64,000 bases of DNA from Candidatus Dormiibacterota bacterium (GTDB lineage Bacteria > Chloroflexota > Dormibacteria > CF-121): NCBI GenBank assembly GCA_036732165.1, contig DAINCX010000003.1:16685-80684 (forward strand). Direction: 5' to 3'. The translations under genes and the position numbers were made by a program. The notes beneath the pieces were generated by a model. That model was not told the origin of the DNA. It made no database searches and worked only from the letters and a program-made list of their open reading frames with translations. Each line of letters begins with the position of its first letter. Position 1 is the first letter of the stretch. Below, one piece after another: positions 1 through 11,131 of this stretch.

Positions 1-1023
1 GTGATCCCCGGACTGGTCGATGCGCACACCCATCCGGTGTTCGCCGGCTCCCGGGCCGACGAGTTCGCCGAACGGGTCAGCGGCGTCGCCTACCGGGCGC
101 AGCAGTCGGGCGAGCGTGGCATCGCGAGGACCATTCGTGCGACTCGGGAAGCCGATGTCTCGACGCTGCTGGAGCTGGCACACGACCGGACCAACCGCTT
201 CCTCGCCAACGGGACGACCACGATCGAGGCCAAGACCGGCTATGGGCTAGACCTGGACAACGAGGCGAAGTCGCTCGAAGTCCTGCGCAAGGTCGCGGAA
301 CGGACCCGGCTACGCGTGATCCCCACCTTCCTCGGCGCCCATGTGGTCCCACCCGGTGTCGAACGGCGCGCCTACCTGCGCTCGGTGATCGATGAAATGC
401 TTCCTGCCTTCCGGCCCTGGGCGGTCTTCTGCGACGCCTGGTGCGAGGCGCCCGCCTTCACGGCCGATGAAACCCGTACGCTGCTCAGCCGCGCAAAGGC
501 ACTCGGTTATCAAATCCGGGTCCACGCCGCTCAACTGGCGCCGGGCGAGGGCCCGGATATCGCCGCCGAGCTCGGGGCGCGCAGTGCCGACCACCTCGAG
601 TTCGCCACGCCGGCGCAGATCAAAGCGCTGGCCGCTGCCGGCACCGTCGCGGTGCTCTGTCCGGCCGCCAACTTCACGACGCACGGGCCACGCCCACCCA
701 TCGAGGCGATGCGTGATGCCAAGCTGCCGATGGCGATCGCCTCCGATCTGAATCCCGGCACGAGCAATTCGGAGAGCCTGCCCATGTCGATGAGCCTTGC
801 CTGCGTGCAATGGGGGATGACGCCGATCGAGGTGCTGGCCGGGGCTACCGTGCATGCGGCGCGCTCGCTGCAGCTCGAGGGCCTGGCCGGGTGCCTGGCG
901 CCGGGAAGCTTCGCGGATTGCGCCGTCCTGGATACCGAAACTCCGGAAGCCATTTCCTACTATGTCGGCGTGAATCGTGTCATCAAGACGGTGGCGGGAG
1001 GTGTGGTCTGGCGGCCCTCGTAG
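1..1023 (+). CDS. hutI: imidazolonepropionase (5' end outside window)
   Basis: DAHTHPVFAG metal motif, TTTIEAKTGYG, HAAQL, ASDLNPGTS; lies upstream of a formiminotransferase gene. Confidence 0.92.
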   Translation: MIPGLVDAHTHPVFAGSRADEFAERVSGVAYRAQQSGERGIARTIRATREADVSTLLELAHDRTNRFLANGTTTIEAKTGYGLDLDNEAKSLEVLRKVAERTRLRVIPTFLGAHVVPPGVERRAYLRSVIDEMLPAFRPWAVFCDAWCEAPAFTADETRTLLSRAKALGYQIRVHAAQLAPGEGPDIAAELGARSADHLEFATPAQIKALAAAGTVAVLCPAANFTTHGPRPPIEAMRDAKLPMAIASDLNPGTSNSESLPMSMSLACVQWGMTPIEVLAGATVHAARSLQLEGLAGCLAPGSFADCAVLDTETPEAISYYVGVNRVIKTVAGGVVWRPS

Positions 1024-1907
1024 AGTGCGTCCCCAACTTCTCCGAAGGGCGCCGGCTGGACGTCATCACGGCGATCGCGGATGCCATCAAGGGCGCGGGC
1101 GCCCAGGTGATTGATGTCCAGGCCGATGCGGCGCATAACCGGATGGTCGTCACGTTCGTTGCCGAGCCTGCGGTCGCGGTCGATGCAGCGCTGGCCGGCG
1201 CCGCGGTCGCCACGGCACGGATCGACTTGCGTCAACACCGCGGTGAGCACCCCCGCATGGGCGCCACCGACGTGGTGCCGTTCGTCCCGTTTGCCGACCT
1301 GCCGATGAGCGTCTGTGTTGACCTGGCGCACGATTTCGGGGTCCGGCTGTGGAAAGAGCTCCATGTCCCCGTGTACTACTACGGCGACGCCGCGCGACGC
1401 CCAGAGCGGCGCGAGCTGGAGAAGGTTCGGCGGGGCGGGTTCGAGGACCTGGTCGAGCGCGTGCGAGACGCTGATCGTGCGCCCGACGAGGGGCGCCCCG
1501 AGGTCCACTCCAGCGCCGGAGCGACGGCGGTAGGCGCCCGGATCCCCCTGATCGCCTACAACGTGAATCTCAAGACGACGGATCTGCAGGTCGCCAGGGA
1601 CATCGCGAAAACCATTCGGACTTCATCGGGTGGACTGCCGAACGTCAAGGCACTCGGCTTCGCGCTCGGCGACCGCGGTCTCGTCCAGGTCTCGATGAAC
1701 TTGACGGACTACCGGGTGACGAACATCTGGAAGGTCTTCACCGTCATCCGTGACGAGGCAACGCGTCGCGGGGTCGAGATCGAGGAATCGGAGATCGTCG
1801 GCACCATCCCGCTGGACGCCGCCACCAGGACGATCCAGGACGCCGTGCTCGAGCCAGCCTTCAAGATGGATCAGATCCTGGAGAAACGGGTGTGGGCGGG
1901 TCAATGA
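1008..1907 (+). CDS. ftcD: glutamate formimidoyltransferase (N-terminal half of FTCD); probable CTG start
   Basis: VECVPNFSEGR, HNRMVVT, HPRMGATDVVPFVP motifs; SD GGAGGT at 997-1002 precedes in-frame CTG 1008; no nearby ATG/GTG/TTG. Confidence 0.88.
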   Translation: MAALVECVPNFSEGRRLDVITAIADAIKGAGAQVIDVQADAAHNRMVVTFVAEPAVAVDAALAGAAVATARIDLRQHRGEHPRMGATDVVPFVPFADLPMSVCVDLAHDFGVRLWKELHVPVYYYGDAARRPERRELEKVRRGGFEDLVERVRDADRAPDEGRPEVHSSAGATAVGARIPLIAYNVNLKTTDLQVARDIAKTIRTSSGGLPNVKALGFALGDRGLVQVSMNLTDYRVTNIWKVFTVIRDEATRRGVEIEESEIVGTIPLDAATRTIQDAVLEPAFKMDQILEKRVWAGQ

Positions 1908-2464
1908 CGGACGTGCTGAGCGGAACGGTCCACGAGTATCTCGAAAGCCTGGGCGCCAGCTCGGCTGTCCCAGGAGGGGGAAGCGCCGCCGCGCTCGCCG
2001 CTGCCATGGGTGTGGCGCTGGTCAGCATGGTGGCAAGAATCAGCGCCAGAAAGGCGGCCGACGAAAAGGACAGGGCCCATCTCCTCGGGCTGGTGCCGGA
2101 ACTCGACGATCTTCGTGGCCGCCTGGGGCGACTCAGCCAGGACGACATCGACGCCTACCAGGCGGTGATCGATGCGCGCAAACGCAAGGCGGCGCCGGAC
2201 GTGCTTGCGCGGGCCTATGCGCGAGCTGCGGAGGTGCCGCTGGAAACCGCGATGGCCGGGGACCGTGCCCTCGACCTGTTCTCCGAGACCAGCCGGCTGG
2301 CGTGGGAGATGACCCGTTCTGACCTCGAGGCGGGAAAGGCGTTGCTCGAGGTCGGTGTTCGGGCCGCCCTGGCGAATGTCGCGGTGAACCTGCCTGATCT
2401 GCAGGGCGAGGCCCGGCTCCGTATCGAGCGCAGCTACGCTGACCTGGCTGCCCGCCGGGGATGA
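1904..2464 (+). CDS. formiminotetrahydrofolate cyclodeaminase / cyclohydrolase family protein
   Basis: SAVPGGGSAAALAAAMG, AAEVPLETA, SDLEAG, AALANVAVNL; ATGA overlap with ftcD. Confidence 0.88.
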   Translation: MTDVLSGTVHEYLESLGASSAVPGGGSAAALAAAMGVALVSMVARISARKAADEKDRAHLLGLVPELDDLRGRLGRLSQDDIDAYQAVIDARKRKAAPDVLARAYARAAEVPLETAMAGDRALDLFSETSRLAWEMTRSDLEAGKALLEVGVRAALANVAVNLPDLQGEARLRIERSYADLAARRG

Positions 2465-2488
2465 TCTCTCCGGCTCGGCGCGACGTAT
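2462..2488 (+). promoter_or_regulatory. putative ECF-sigma promoter (TGATC...CGTAT) upstream of the sigma gene
   Basis: TGATCT-N16-CGTAT; same motif recurs at 3843-3868. Confidence 0.55.
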
Positions 2489-2502
2489 AAGGAGGCAGGG
2501 AG

Positions 2503-3072
2503 ATGAGCGGGGGAGACGCTCCTGACCAGGATGGTGAGATGGTGGCTCAACTCCAGCGCGGTGAGGCCGTCGGGGTCGAGGCCCTATACGACAAGTACGG
2601 CCGCCTGGCGTACAGCCTGGCCTACCGCATCTTGATGGAGCGAACGGCGGCCGAAGACGTCGTTCAGGAGGCGTTCCTCGCCATGTGGCGGAACGCCAGG
2701 ACGTTCAATGCGGCCCGGGGCAATCTCCGCAACTGGCTGCTGTCGATCGTTCACAACCGAGCGATCGATCGAGTTCGAGGATCAACCAGGATACGCAAGG
2801 AGTCCCAAATCGAAACGATGGAGCGACTGATCGAAGTTCCCGACGCCTGGGAGACCGTGTCCGCGCATCTGGAGCGCAAGCAGATCCTCGAGGGCTTCGC
2901 CCTGCTCCCCGACGCCCAGCGGCGGACGCTCGAGCTGTCCTACTTCGGTGGCTACACCCACATGGAGATCGCCGGGGAAATGGGCGTGCCGCTGGGAACG
3001 GTCAAAGGTCGGATGCGCATGGGGCTGGAAAAGATGCGAACGTTCCTCCAGGCGCGGGGGGTGACCGTGTGA
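2503..3072 (+). CDS. ECF RNA polymerase sigma factor (SigK-like)
   Basis: AEDVVQEAFL, WLLSIVHNRAID region 2; region 4 HTH (EIAGEMGVPLGTVKGRMR); SD AAGGAGG. Confidence 0.92.
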   Translation: MSGGDAPDQDGEMVAQLQRGEAVGVEALYDKYGRLAYSLAYRILMERTAAEDVVQEAFLAMWRNARTFNAARGNLRNWLLSIVHNRAIDRVRGSTRIRKESQIETMERLIEVPDAWETVSAHLERKQILEGFALLPDAQRRTLELSYFGGYTHMEIAGEMGVPLGTVKGRMRMGLEKMRTFLQARGVTV

Positions 3073-3806
3073 CCACCTTGAGCTGCGCGCAGGCGGAGGA
3101 TCTGCTGGGAGCCAATGCCCTTGATGCCCTGACCCCCCAGGAAGCGAGGGACGTCCAGGAGCACCTGCGTGGCTGCGTCGAGCACCGCCAGGTCGCGCAG
3201 GAACTGGCCCAAACGGTATCGCTCCTGGCCCTCGCCGTCGATGAACGGGAACCCGCTCCCGATCTCCGCGATCGAATCTTGGCCTCGATTCAATCGGCAT
3301 CCTCGGAGCCGGTCCACAAACCGGTGCTCGGGCCCGTGGTGGTGCCCATCCGGCGAGCCCCCCGCCTGCCGCGGTGGGCACCACGACCGGCGGTCGCGGC
3401 CCTGGCCGCGGGCGTGCTGCTGGCTCTCGGGATCGGCACCTATGCCGGCTACCGGCTCGGCCAGGAGAGCAGCCGCGCCGTCGCCTACCAATTCGCGGGC
3501 AGCTCCCTGGCACCCGGCGCGCGGGCCAATCTCGTCTATCTGCGGGACAAGCACCAGGCCGTGGTAGCAGTGAGCGGTCTCCAACCGCTGGCTTCCGGCC
3601 AGGTCTACGAGATGTGGCTGGTCAAGAAGAGCGGCCAGGCGGTCGACCAGGGCGTCACCGCCGCTTCCGATGGGCGGATCACCGCCCAGATGACGGCCGA
3701 CCTGTCGCAGTTCAAGCAATTCGCCATCACGATCGAGTCCGGGGAGCGTCCCGCACCGACCACGCCGCCCGTCCTGGCAGGGAGCCTGACCGGCGCCGGG
3801 GCCTAA
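3069..3806 (+). CDS. anti-sigma factor, RskA-like (ZAS-like N-terminus, one TM, extracytoplasmic domain)
   Basis: GTGA overlap with sigma; HLRGCVEH; TM segment; VYEMWL and FAITIE.G...PT RskA motifs. Confidence 0.85.
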   Translation: MTTLSCAQAEDLLGANALDALTPQEARDVQEHLRGCVEHRQVAQELAQTVSLLALAVDEREPAPDLRDRILASIQSASSEPVHKPVLGPVVVPIRRAPRLPRWAPRPAVAALAAGVLLALGIGTYAGYRLGQESSRAVAYQFAGSSLAPGARANLVYLRDKHQAVVAVSGLQPLASGQVYEMWLVKKSGQAVDQGVTAASDGRITAQMTADLSQFKQFAITIESGERPAPTTPPVLAGSLTGAGA

Positions 3807-3842
3807 GTTCCCGCTTCGGGGTGGTGCCGTCCGAGGTGAAAG

Positions 3843-3868
3843 TGATCCGTTTTCCGGCGGAGCCGTAT
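3843..3868 (+). promoter_or_regulatory. putative ECF-sigma promoter upstream of DUF4383-like gene
   Basis: TGATCC-N15-CGTAT, matching 2462-2488. Confidence 0.55.
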
Positions 3869-3921
3869 CACTTCATAGCCCTCGTCGTGGAGGGGAAAGA
3901 ACTTTTTCGGAGGTAGTTGTT

Positions 3922-4323
3922 ATGGGTAATCGTTCGATGGTACAAACCGTTGCGCTCATCTTCGGCGTCGTCTACCTGGCGGTCGGCATCGTGGGCTTCC
4001 TGCCCTTCCTGGGTGGGTCCTACACGCAGACCAGCAGCAGCCTGCTTGGGATCTTCCCCATTAACCTGCTGCACAACCTCGTCCACGCGGTGATCGGCAT
4101 CGCCGGCATCGCCGCGGCGGCGAGCCTGGCCAGCTCCAGGATGTTCAACCAGATCGTCGGCGTTGTGCTGCTGTTGCTCGGCGTCGTCGGGATCTTCGTT
4201 GCCCAGCCGCTTGGCCTGCTGAACATCGGCGGGCCCGACATCGCACTGCACCTGCTGACCGGCGGCATCCTCGCCTACTTCGGCTTCGCCGCTGCGACGA
4301 CCCCGCGCCGCGCGACCGCGTAA
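3922..4323 (+). CDS. DUF4383-like 4-TM membrane protein
   Basis: FGVVYLAVGIVGF, LLGIFPINLLHNLVH, DIALHL pattern; SD GGAGG. Confidence 0.75.
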   Translation: MGNRSMVQTVALIFGVVYLAVGIVGFLPFLGGSYTQTSSSLLGIFPINLLHNLVHAVIGIAGIAAAASLASSRMFNQIVGVVLLLLGVVGIFVAQPLGLLNIGGPDIALHLLTGGILAYFGFAAATTPRRATA

Positions 4324-4346
4324 GCACGTAACCGCCGACCCCCCGT

Positions 4347-4381
4347 CAAGCCCCCGGTCCGCGCCGGGGGCTTGTCTTGTT
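4347..4381 (+). terminator. intrinsic terminator
   Basis: CAAGCCCCCGG-tccgcg-CCGGGGGCTTG 11-bp stem followed by TCTTGTT. Confidence 0.8.
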
Positions 4382-4399
4382 GGCCCTAGACTGCACTCC

Positions 4400-5287
4400 G
4401 TGGCAGACACCTTTCCGTCCTTTCAGAGCCGGACGGCGACGCTGGACGGCGTCAAGATCCACTACCTGTGCGGCGGCTTGGGGCCCCCACTGCTCCTGGT
4501 GCACGGCCTCGGGAGTTCCGCCGCGGTGGAGTTCTACTACAACCTGGAGGCGCTGGCGGCCCACCACCAGGTCCTGGCCGTGGATCTGCCCGGCTTCGGT
4601 CAATCGGACAAGCCTCCCCTCGAGTACACGATCGACCTCTTTGTCAAGGTGCTGCGACACTTCCTGGCATCGCTGGGGGTGGAACGCACCGCCGTCATGG
4701 GCGTGTCGATGGGGGGCCGCGTCGCCCTCGGGCTGGCTCTCGATGCCCCCGACTGCGTTGAGCGGCTGGTCCTGGTCGATGCCCTCGGGGTGGGGCAACC
4801 GCGGGCCGTGCTCGCCTACCGGCTGCTGCTGACCCGGGGACTTGGCGAGTTCACCCTCAGCGGGACGGCACGGGCGCTGCGCGGGATGCAGCCCCGCACG
4901 ATTCGCCGGTTCTGGGGCTGGTATCTGCGCCGGCCTGGTTCGGTCGACACCATCCTGAGCGATGATCGGATCAGCAATCACCGCCGGCTGCTCTCGACGC
5001 CGGCCTACCGGGCCGCCTACCTGTCGGCGCTCCGCTCGATCGCCGGCACCCGCCGGCTCCGAGATGGGGTCGTGGTCGAGCACCGGCTTTCGGAACTCCG
5101 CATGCCGACGTTGCTGGTCTGGGGCCGCCACGACCACATCTTCCCGGCCGCCCACGCCGAGGCCGCGAGGAGCAGGATCTCGGGCTCGCGGGTCGAGATT
5201 TTCGAGGGGAGCGGGCATACCCCGCAGATGGAGGAGCCCGACCGGTTCAACCGGCTGGTGCTCGACTTTCTTACGAACCCGGGGTGA
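4400..5287 (+). CDS. alpha/beta fold hydrolase
   Basis: LLLVHGLG, DLPGFGQSD, GVSMGG nucleophile elbow, WGRHDHIF, GSGHTPQMEEP. Confidence 0.9.
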   Translation: MADTFPSFQSRTATLDGVKIHYLCGGLGPPLLLVHGLGSSAAVEFYYNLEALAAHHQVLAVDLPGFGQSDKPPLEYTIDLFVKVLRHFLASLGVERTAVMGVSMGGRVALGLALDAPDCVERLVLVDALGVGQPRAVLAYRLLLTRGLGEFTLSGTARALRGMQPRTIRRFWGWYLRRPGSVDTILSDDRISNHRRLLSTPAYRAAYLSALRSIAGTRRLRDGVVVEHRLSELRMPTLLVWGRHDHIFPAAHAEAARSRISGSRVEIFEGSGHTPQMEEPDRFNRLVLDFLTNPG

Positions 5288-5528
5288 GCGGATGGCCCAG
5301 CCGGGCGGCGTAGTAGGAAAGCACCCACTGGAACAACGAAACGGCGCCATACATTAGTAGGATGAGCCCGGCAAACCCGACCGGGGCCGGCCAGATCCGG
5401 CGTACGCGATAGCGGGGGTACCGGGGGAAGGTGACCCAGAAGCTGCGGCTCAGCAGGCCCTGCCGCCGGGCCGCCCGCAGGCCGAGCCGGAGGGTGAAGG
5501 CGCCGGCGGAGAGGAGCAGGAGGGCCAC
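5271..5528 (-). CDS. small hypothetical membrane protein
   Basis: 85 aa with two hydrophobic stretches; fills the gap between hydrolase and nrdJ promoter; start uncertain (in-frame CTG at 5534/5537). Confidence 0.45.
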   Translation of the reverse strand: MALLLLSAGAFTLRLGLRAARRQGLLSRSFWVTFPRYPRYRVRRIWPAPVGFAGLILLMYGAVSLFQWVLSYYAARLGHPLTPGS

Positions 5529-5547
5529 GATCAGCAGGGGCCGTTAC

Positions 5548-5595
5548 ACTCCATATGTTGGGGTCGGGGCCGGCTGGACACCATACATTTTGTTG
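5548..5595. promoter_or_regulatory. tandem NrdR-like boxes
   Basis: ACTCCATATGTTGGGG (5548-5563) and ACCATACATTTTGTTG (5580-5595), 32 bp apart, resembling acaCwAtATaTwGtgt, upstream of nrdJ. Confidence 0.65.
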
Positions 5596-5603
5596 TAAAC
5601 TAG

Positions 5604-5632
5604 TTGACAGGCCTAATCCTAAGTCATACGAT
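5604..5632 (+). promoter_or_regulatory. sigma70-type promoter of nrdJ
   Basis: TTGACA-N17-TACGAT. Confidence 0.75.
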
Positions 5633-5668
5633 GTGGGGCGCTTCACCCCACCCACGGAGGTCTTATTC

Positions 5669-8469
<2,801 letters not shown>

Positions 8470-8479
<10 letters not shown>

Positions 8480-8673
8480 ACACAGCAAGAAAGGAAGAGG
8501 CCAACGCGGTCTCTTCCTCATCGGTCGGCCAGGCCGTCGTCGCGCATCGGCGGTGGGCGGAAGCGCCTCAGTGTCCTTGCGGTGGTCTGACGCATTGGGA
8601 CGGAAGAAAATTCCGGTGCCGCGGTTGCGGCCTCTACCACGAGACCTGTTGTGATGGTGGCCGCTGCGGCTGA
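8470..8673 (+). CDS. putative small Cys-rich zinc-ribbon protein (start uncertain)
   Basis: CPCGG...CRGCG...CCDGGRCG; nearest canonical start is GTG 8470 overlapping the nrdJ stop. Confidence 0.5.
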
Positions 8674-8887
8674 CCGCGCGAAAATTTTCCAGAACCAACC
8701 CCTGACGACCTCTATCGAAACGTTGGCGGTCGAAAAACATTCGGGCACTCCATGCACAAAACGCTCATTCATGCTATGGTCGGGATTAATGAGCGCCGAG
8801 CCGCGCTCTGATCATCGCGTTGGTCAGGGCGGGGAAAACGAGAAGGGCAACACTCACAAGGGGTCCAGGTCCACGTCGATCAGCTCG

Positions 8888-9220
8888 ATGAGGGACGGAC
8901 AACACATCGCGGTTGGTTCTTTCCCGAGTCGCGCCGATGACGTCAACGGTGGCGGCCAACCGCGGCGGACCTTCATGAGTGTCGACACACAGCCAACGCG
9001 GTCCGCGCGGTTGCGGTCCATCGGCGCTCGGGCTCATCACGGCGGAGGGTTGATCGCGGACGATCGCCGATCCCCTCGACGCGTGTCCCTCCTTTTGCTT
9101 CCGGTATCCGGCCGCGCCGGCGCCCGCGCGTCCACGGCTCACGTGGCGCTCACGCGCGTTCGGCGGCGGCGCATTGCGTCAAGCGGCCGACCGGGAGAGT
9201 CTTGCTAAGAAGGAGGTGAC
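8888..9220. ncRNA. candidate structured ncRNA or long structured 5' leader
   Basis: Three consecutive co-linear stem systems (8888-9038, 9047-9078, 9085-9220) identified by eye; no recognised Rfam family. Confidence 0.4.
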
Positions 9221-9225
9221 CTGGA

Positions 9226-9297
9226 ATGGCCGCAAAAAAGAAGTCCGCAGGCGGAAAGAAGAAGTCGTCCGCGAAGAAGTCGTCGAAGAAGAAGTAG
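9226..9297 (+). CDS. 23-aa Lys-rich micro-protein MAAKKKSAGGKKKSSAKKSSKKK
   Basis: Full SD AAGGAGGTGA at 9210-9219, ATG 9226, biased codons (mostly AAG, TCG), 12-bp hairpin downstream. Confidence 0.75.
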   Translation: MAAKKKSAGGKKKSSAKKSSKKK

Positions 9298-9321
9298 TCA
9301 GGTTCTAATCCTGACTTCTCG

Positions 9322-9349
9322 ACAGCCGGCGTCATCGGACGCCGGCTGT
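9322..9349 (+). terminator. terminator-like hairpin
   Basis: ACAGCCGGCGTC-atcg-GACGCCGGCTGT perfect 12-bp stem; weak U-tract. Confidence 0.65.
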
Positions 9350-9363
9350 GCCATTCTTACGGG

Positions 9364-9777
9364 ATGGTCGAGCTCGAGCGAGCCCGGGCGTTTCTCATTC
9401 AGCGCCACAACGGCATCCTGGCCAGCATCAAGCGCAATGGCCGGCCGCAGCTTTCCAATGTGCTGTACCTGCTCGACGACGATGGCCGGATCAAGGTGTC
9501 GGTGACCCAGACTCGGGCCAAGACCCATAACCTCCGCCGGGACCCTCGGGCCACCCTTCACGTTCAGGGCCGTGATTGGTACGAGTTCCTGGTCGTCGAC
9601 GGGGTCACGGCGTTGATTGAGGGGCCCGAGGTCGGGCAGGCGCTACGGGACGTCTATCGAAAAATCCGCGGTGAACACCCGAACTGGGCCGAATACGATG
9701 CCGCCATGGTCAACGACCAGCGGTTGCTGCTTTCGATCTCGATTGACTACGCCTACGGCATGATTCGGTCGGACTGA
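9364..9777 (+). CDS. PPOX-class (FMN/F420 split-barrel) oxidoreductase
   Basis: LASIKRNGRPQLSNV, RAKTHNLRRDPRATLHV. Confidence 0.85.
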   Translation: MVELERARAFLIQRHNGILASIKRNGRPQLSNVLYLLDDDGRIKVSVTQTRAKTHNLRRDPRATLHVQGRDWYEFLVVDGVTALIEGPEVGQALRDVYRKIRGEHPNWAEYDAAMVNDQRLLLSISIDYAYGMIRSD

Positions 9778-9789
9778 GCCGGGCCCTGA

Positions 9790-10026
9790 TCAGCGGACCG
9801 CCAGGCAGGTCACGGTTTTGAACACGCCGTCGATTTTCTGAATGTTTTCCACGATCACCGAGCCGATCCCCGCCACGTCGGGCGCCTCCACCTGGGCGAT
9901 GACGTCGTACTCCCCGGTAATGGCATCGGCCAGCTGGATTCCCTTGACGCCCTGGAGGGATTTCGCCACGTCGATCGCCTTCCCCGCCGACGCATTGATC
10001 AAGACATAGGCTCGCATTTCGGGCAC
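9790..10026 (-). CDS. Lrp/AsnC ligand-binding-domain-only protein
   Basis: RAYVLIN, ITGEYDVIAQVE, IQKIDGVFKTVTC; SD AGGAGG. Confidence 0.85.
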   Translation of the reverse strand: MPEMRAYVLINASAGKAIDVAKSLQGVKGIQLADAITGEYDVIAQVEAPDVAGIGSVIVENIQKIDGVFKTVTCLAVR

Positions 10027-10082
10027 CTCCTCAAGACTGTGTCGTTCAGAATACGGCTTTGCCCCATGGGTAAGATGGACCC

Positions 10083-11123
10083 ATGGCGTCCATGACGGCG
10101 GTGGTCAAGGCCACAGCCTCACCGGGCGCCGGCCTTGAGCAGGTTCCCATCCCGGAGCCGACCGACAACGATGTGCTGATCGAGGTCGACGCATCCTCCA
10201 TCTGCGGCACCGACGTCCATATCTACGATTGGAACGACTGGGCGAAGCGGCATATCCATCCGCCCCGCGTCTTCGGGCACGAGATGTCGGGTCGCATCGT
10301 GGCGATCGGAGACGGCGTCACGTCCATCCAGCCAGGTGTCTTCGTCGCCGCGGAAACCCACATCGTGGATCACACGTGCCGCCAATGCCAGCGCGGCCTC
10401 TTCCACCTGTGTGAGAACGTTCGGGTCCTCGGCGTCGATCGCAACGGCTCCTTCGCGCGCTATGTCGTGCTCCCGGCGGAGAACTGCTGGCGCAACGCGC
10501 CCGGGCTCACACCCGAGATCGCCGCGCTCCAGGAGCCCTTCGGCAACGCCGTGCACGCGGCGACGGCTGGTCCGCTGAAAGACAATGTCGTGGCCGTGTT
10601 CGGGTGCGGGCCAATCGGCCTCTGCGCCATTGGTATCGCGCGGGCCGAGGGGGCGGCGGCCGTGTACGGCATCGAGCCCAACCCATTCCGGCGCGAACTC
10701 GCCGAGCGGATGGGTGCCACGGCTACGTTCGCCCCCTCGACGCAGACCGTCGAGGACATCAAGCGCCGCAACGGGGGCGCTGGCGTGGACGTCGTCCTGG
10801 AGATTTCCGGAAACCCGATGGCGGTCGAGCAAGGCCTGCAGGCCCTGCATAGCGGCGGCTGGATCAGCCTGCTTGGGATCGGCGACCGGCCGGTCACCCT
10901 GGATCTGAACGACCTCGTGGTTACCAAGGGCATCACGATCCATGGCATCTTTGGTCGCCGGATCTGGGACACGTGGGAACGCACCTCGGCATACCTCAGC
11001 TCGGGGCGGGTGGATGTGACGCCGTTGATCACGCATCGCTTTCCGCTCGATGACTTCCAGGAGGCGATGGCGCAGATGAAGAGTGGGCGTTCGGGCAAGG
11101 TCGTCCTCCTGCCCACGGGATAA
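10083..11123 (+). CDS. tdh: L-threonine 3-dehydrogenase
   Basis: [45 protein letters not shown]; adjacent to kbl. Confidence 0.93.
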   Translation: MASMTAVVKATASPGAGLEQVPIPEPTDNDVLIEVDASSICGTDVHIYDWNDWAKRHIHPPRVFGHEMSGRIVAIGDGVTSIQPGVFVAAETHIVDHTCRQCQRGLFHLCENVRVLGVDRNGSFARYVVLPAENCWRNAPGLTPEIAALQEPFGNAVHAATAGPLKDNVVAVFGCGPIGLCAIGIARAEGAAAVYGIEPNPFRRELAERMGATATFAPSTQTVEDIKRRNGGAGVDVVLEISGNPMAVEQGLQALHSGGWISLLGIGDRPVTLDLNDLVVTKGITIHGIFGRRIWDTWERTSAYLSSGRVDVTPLITHRFPLDDFQEAMAQMKSGRSGKVVLLPTG

Positions 11124-11131
11124 GACCAGGG

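Noticed and set aside
5530-5668. Cobalamin riboswitch upstream of nrdJ
   Set aside because: No B12-box, and the predicted leader is too short
8786-9142. Minus-strand ORF and apparent SD AAGGAGGG near 9087-9094
   Set aside because: No start codon at SD distance; better explained as an anti-SD on the plus strand
8651-9208. 185-aa plus-strand ORF (139 aa from ATG 8789)
   Set aside because: No recognisable domain and Arg/Ser/Gly junk-like composition; kept only as an alternative explanation for the structured region
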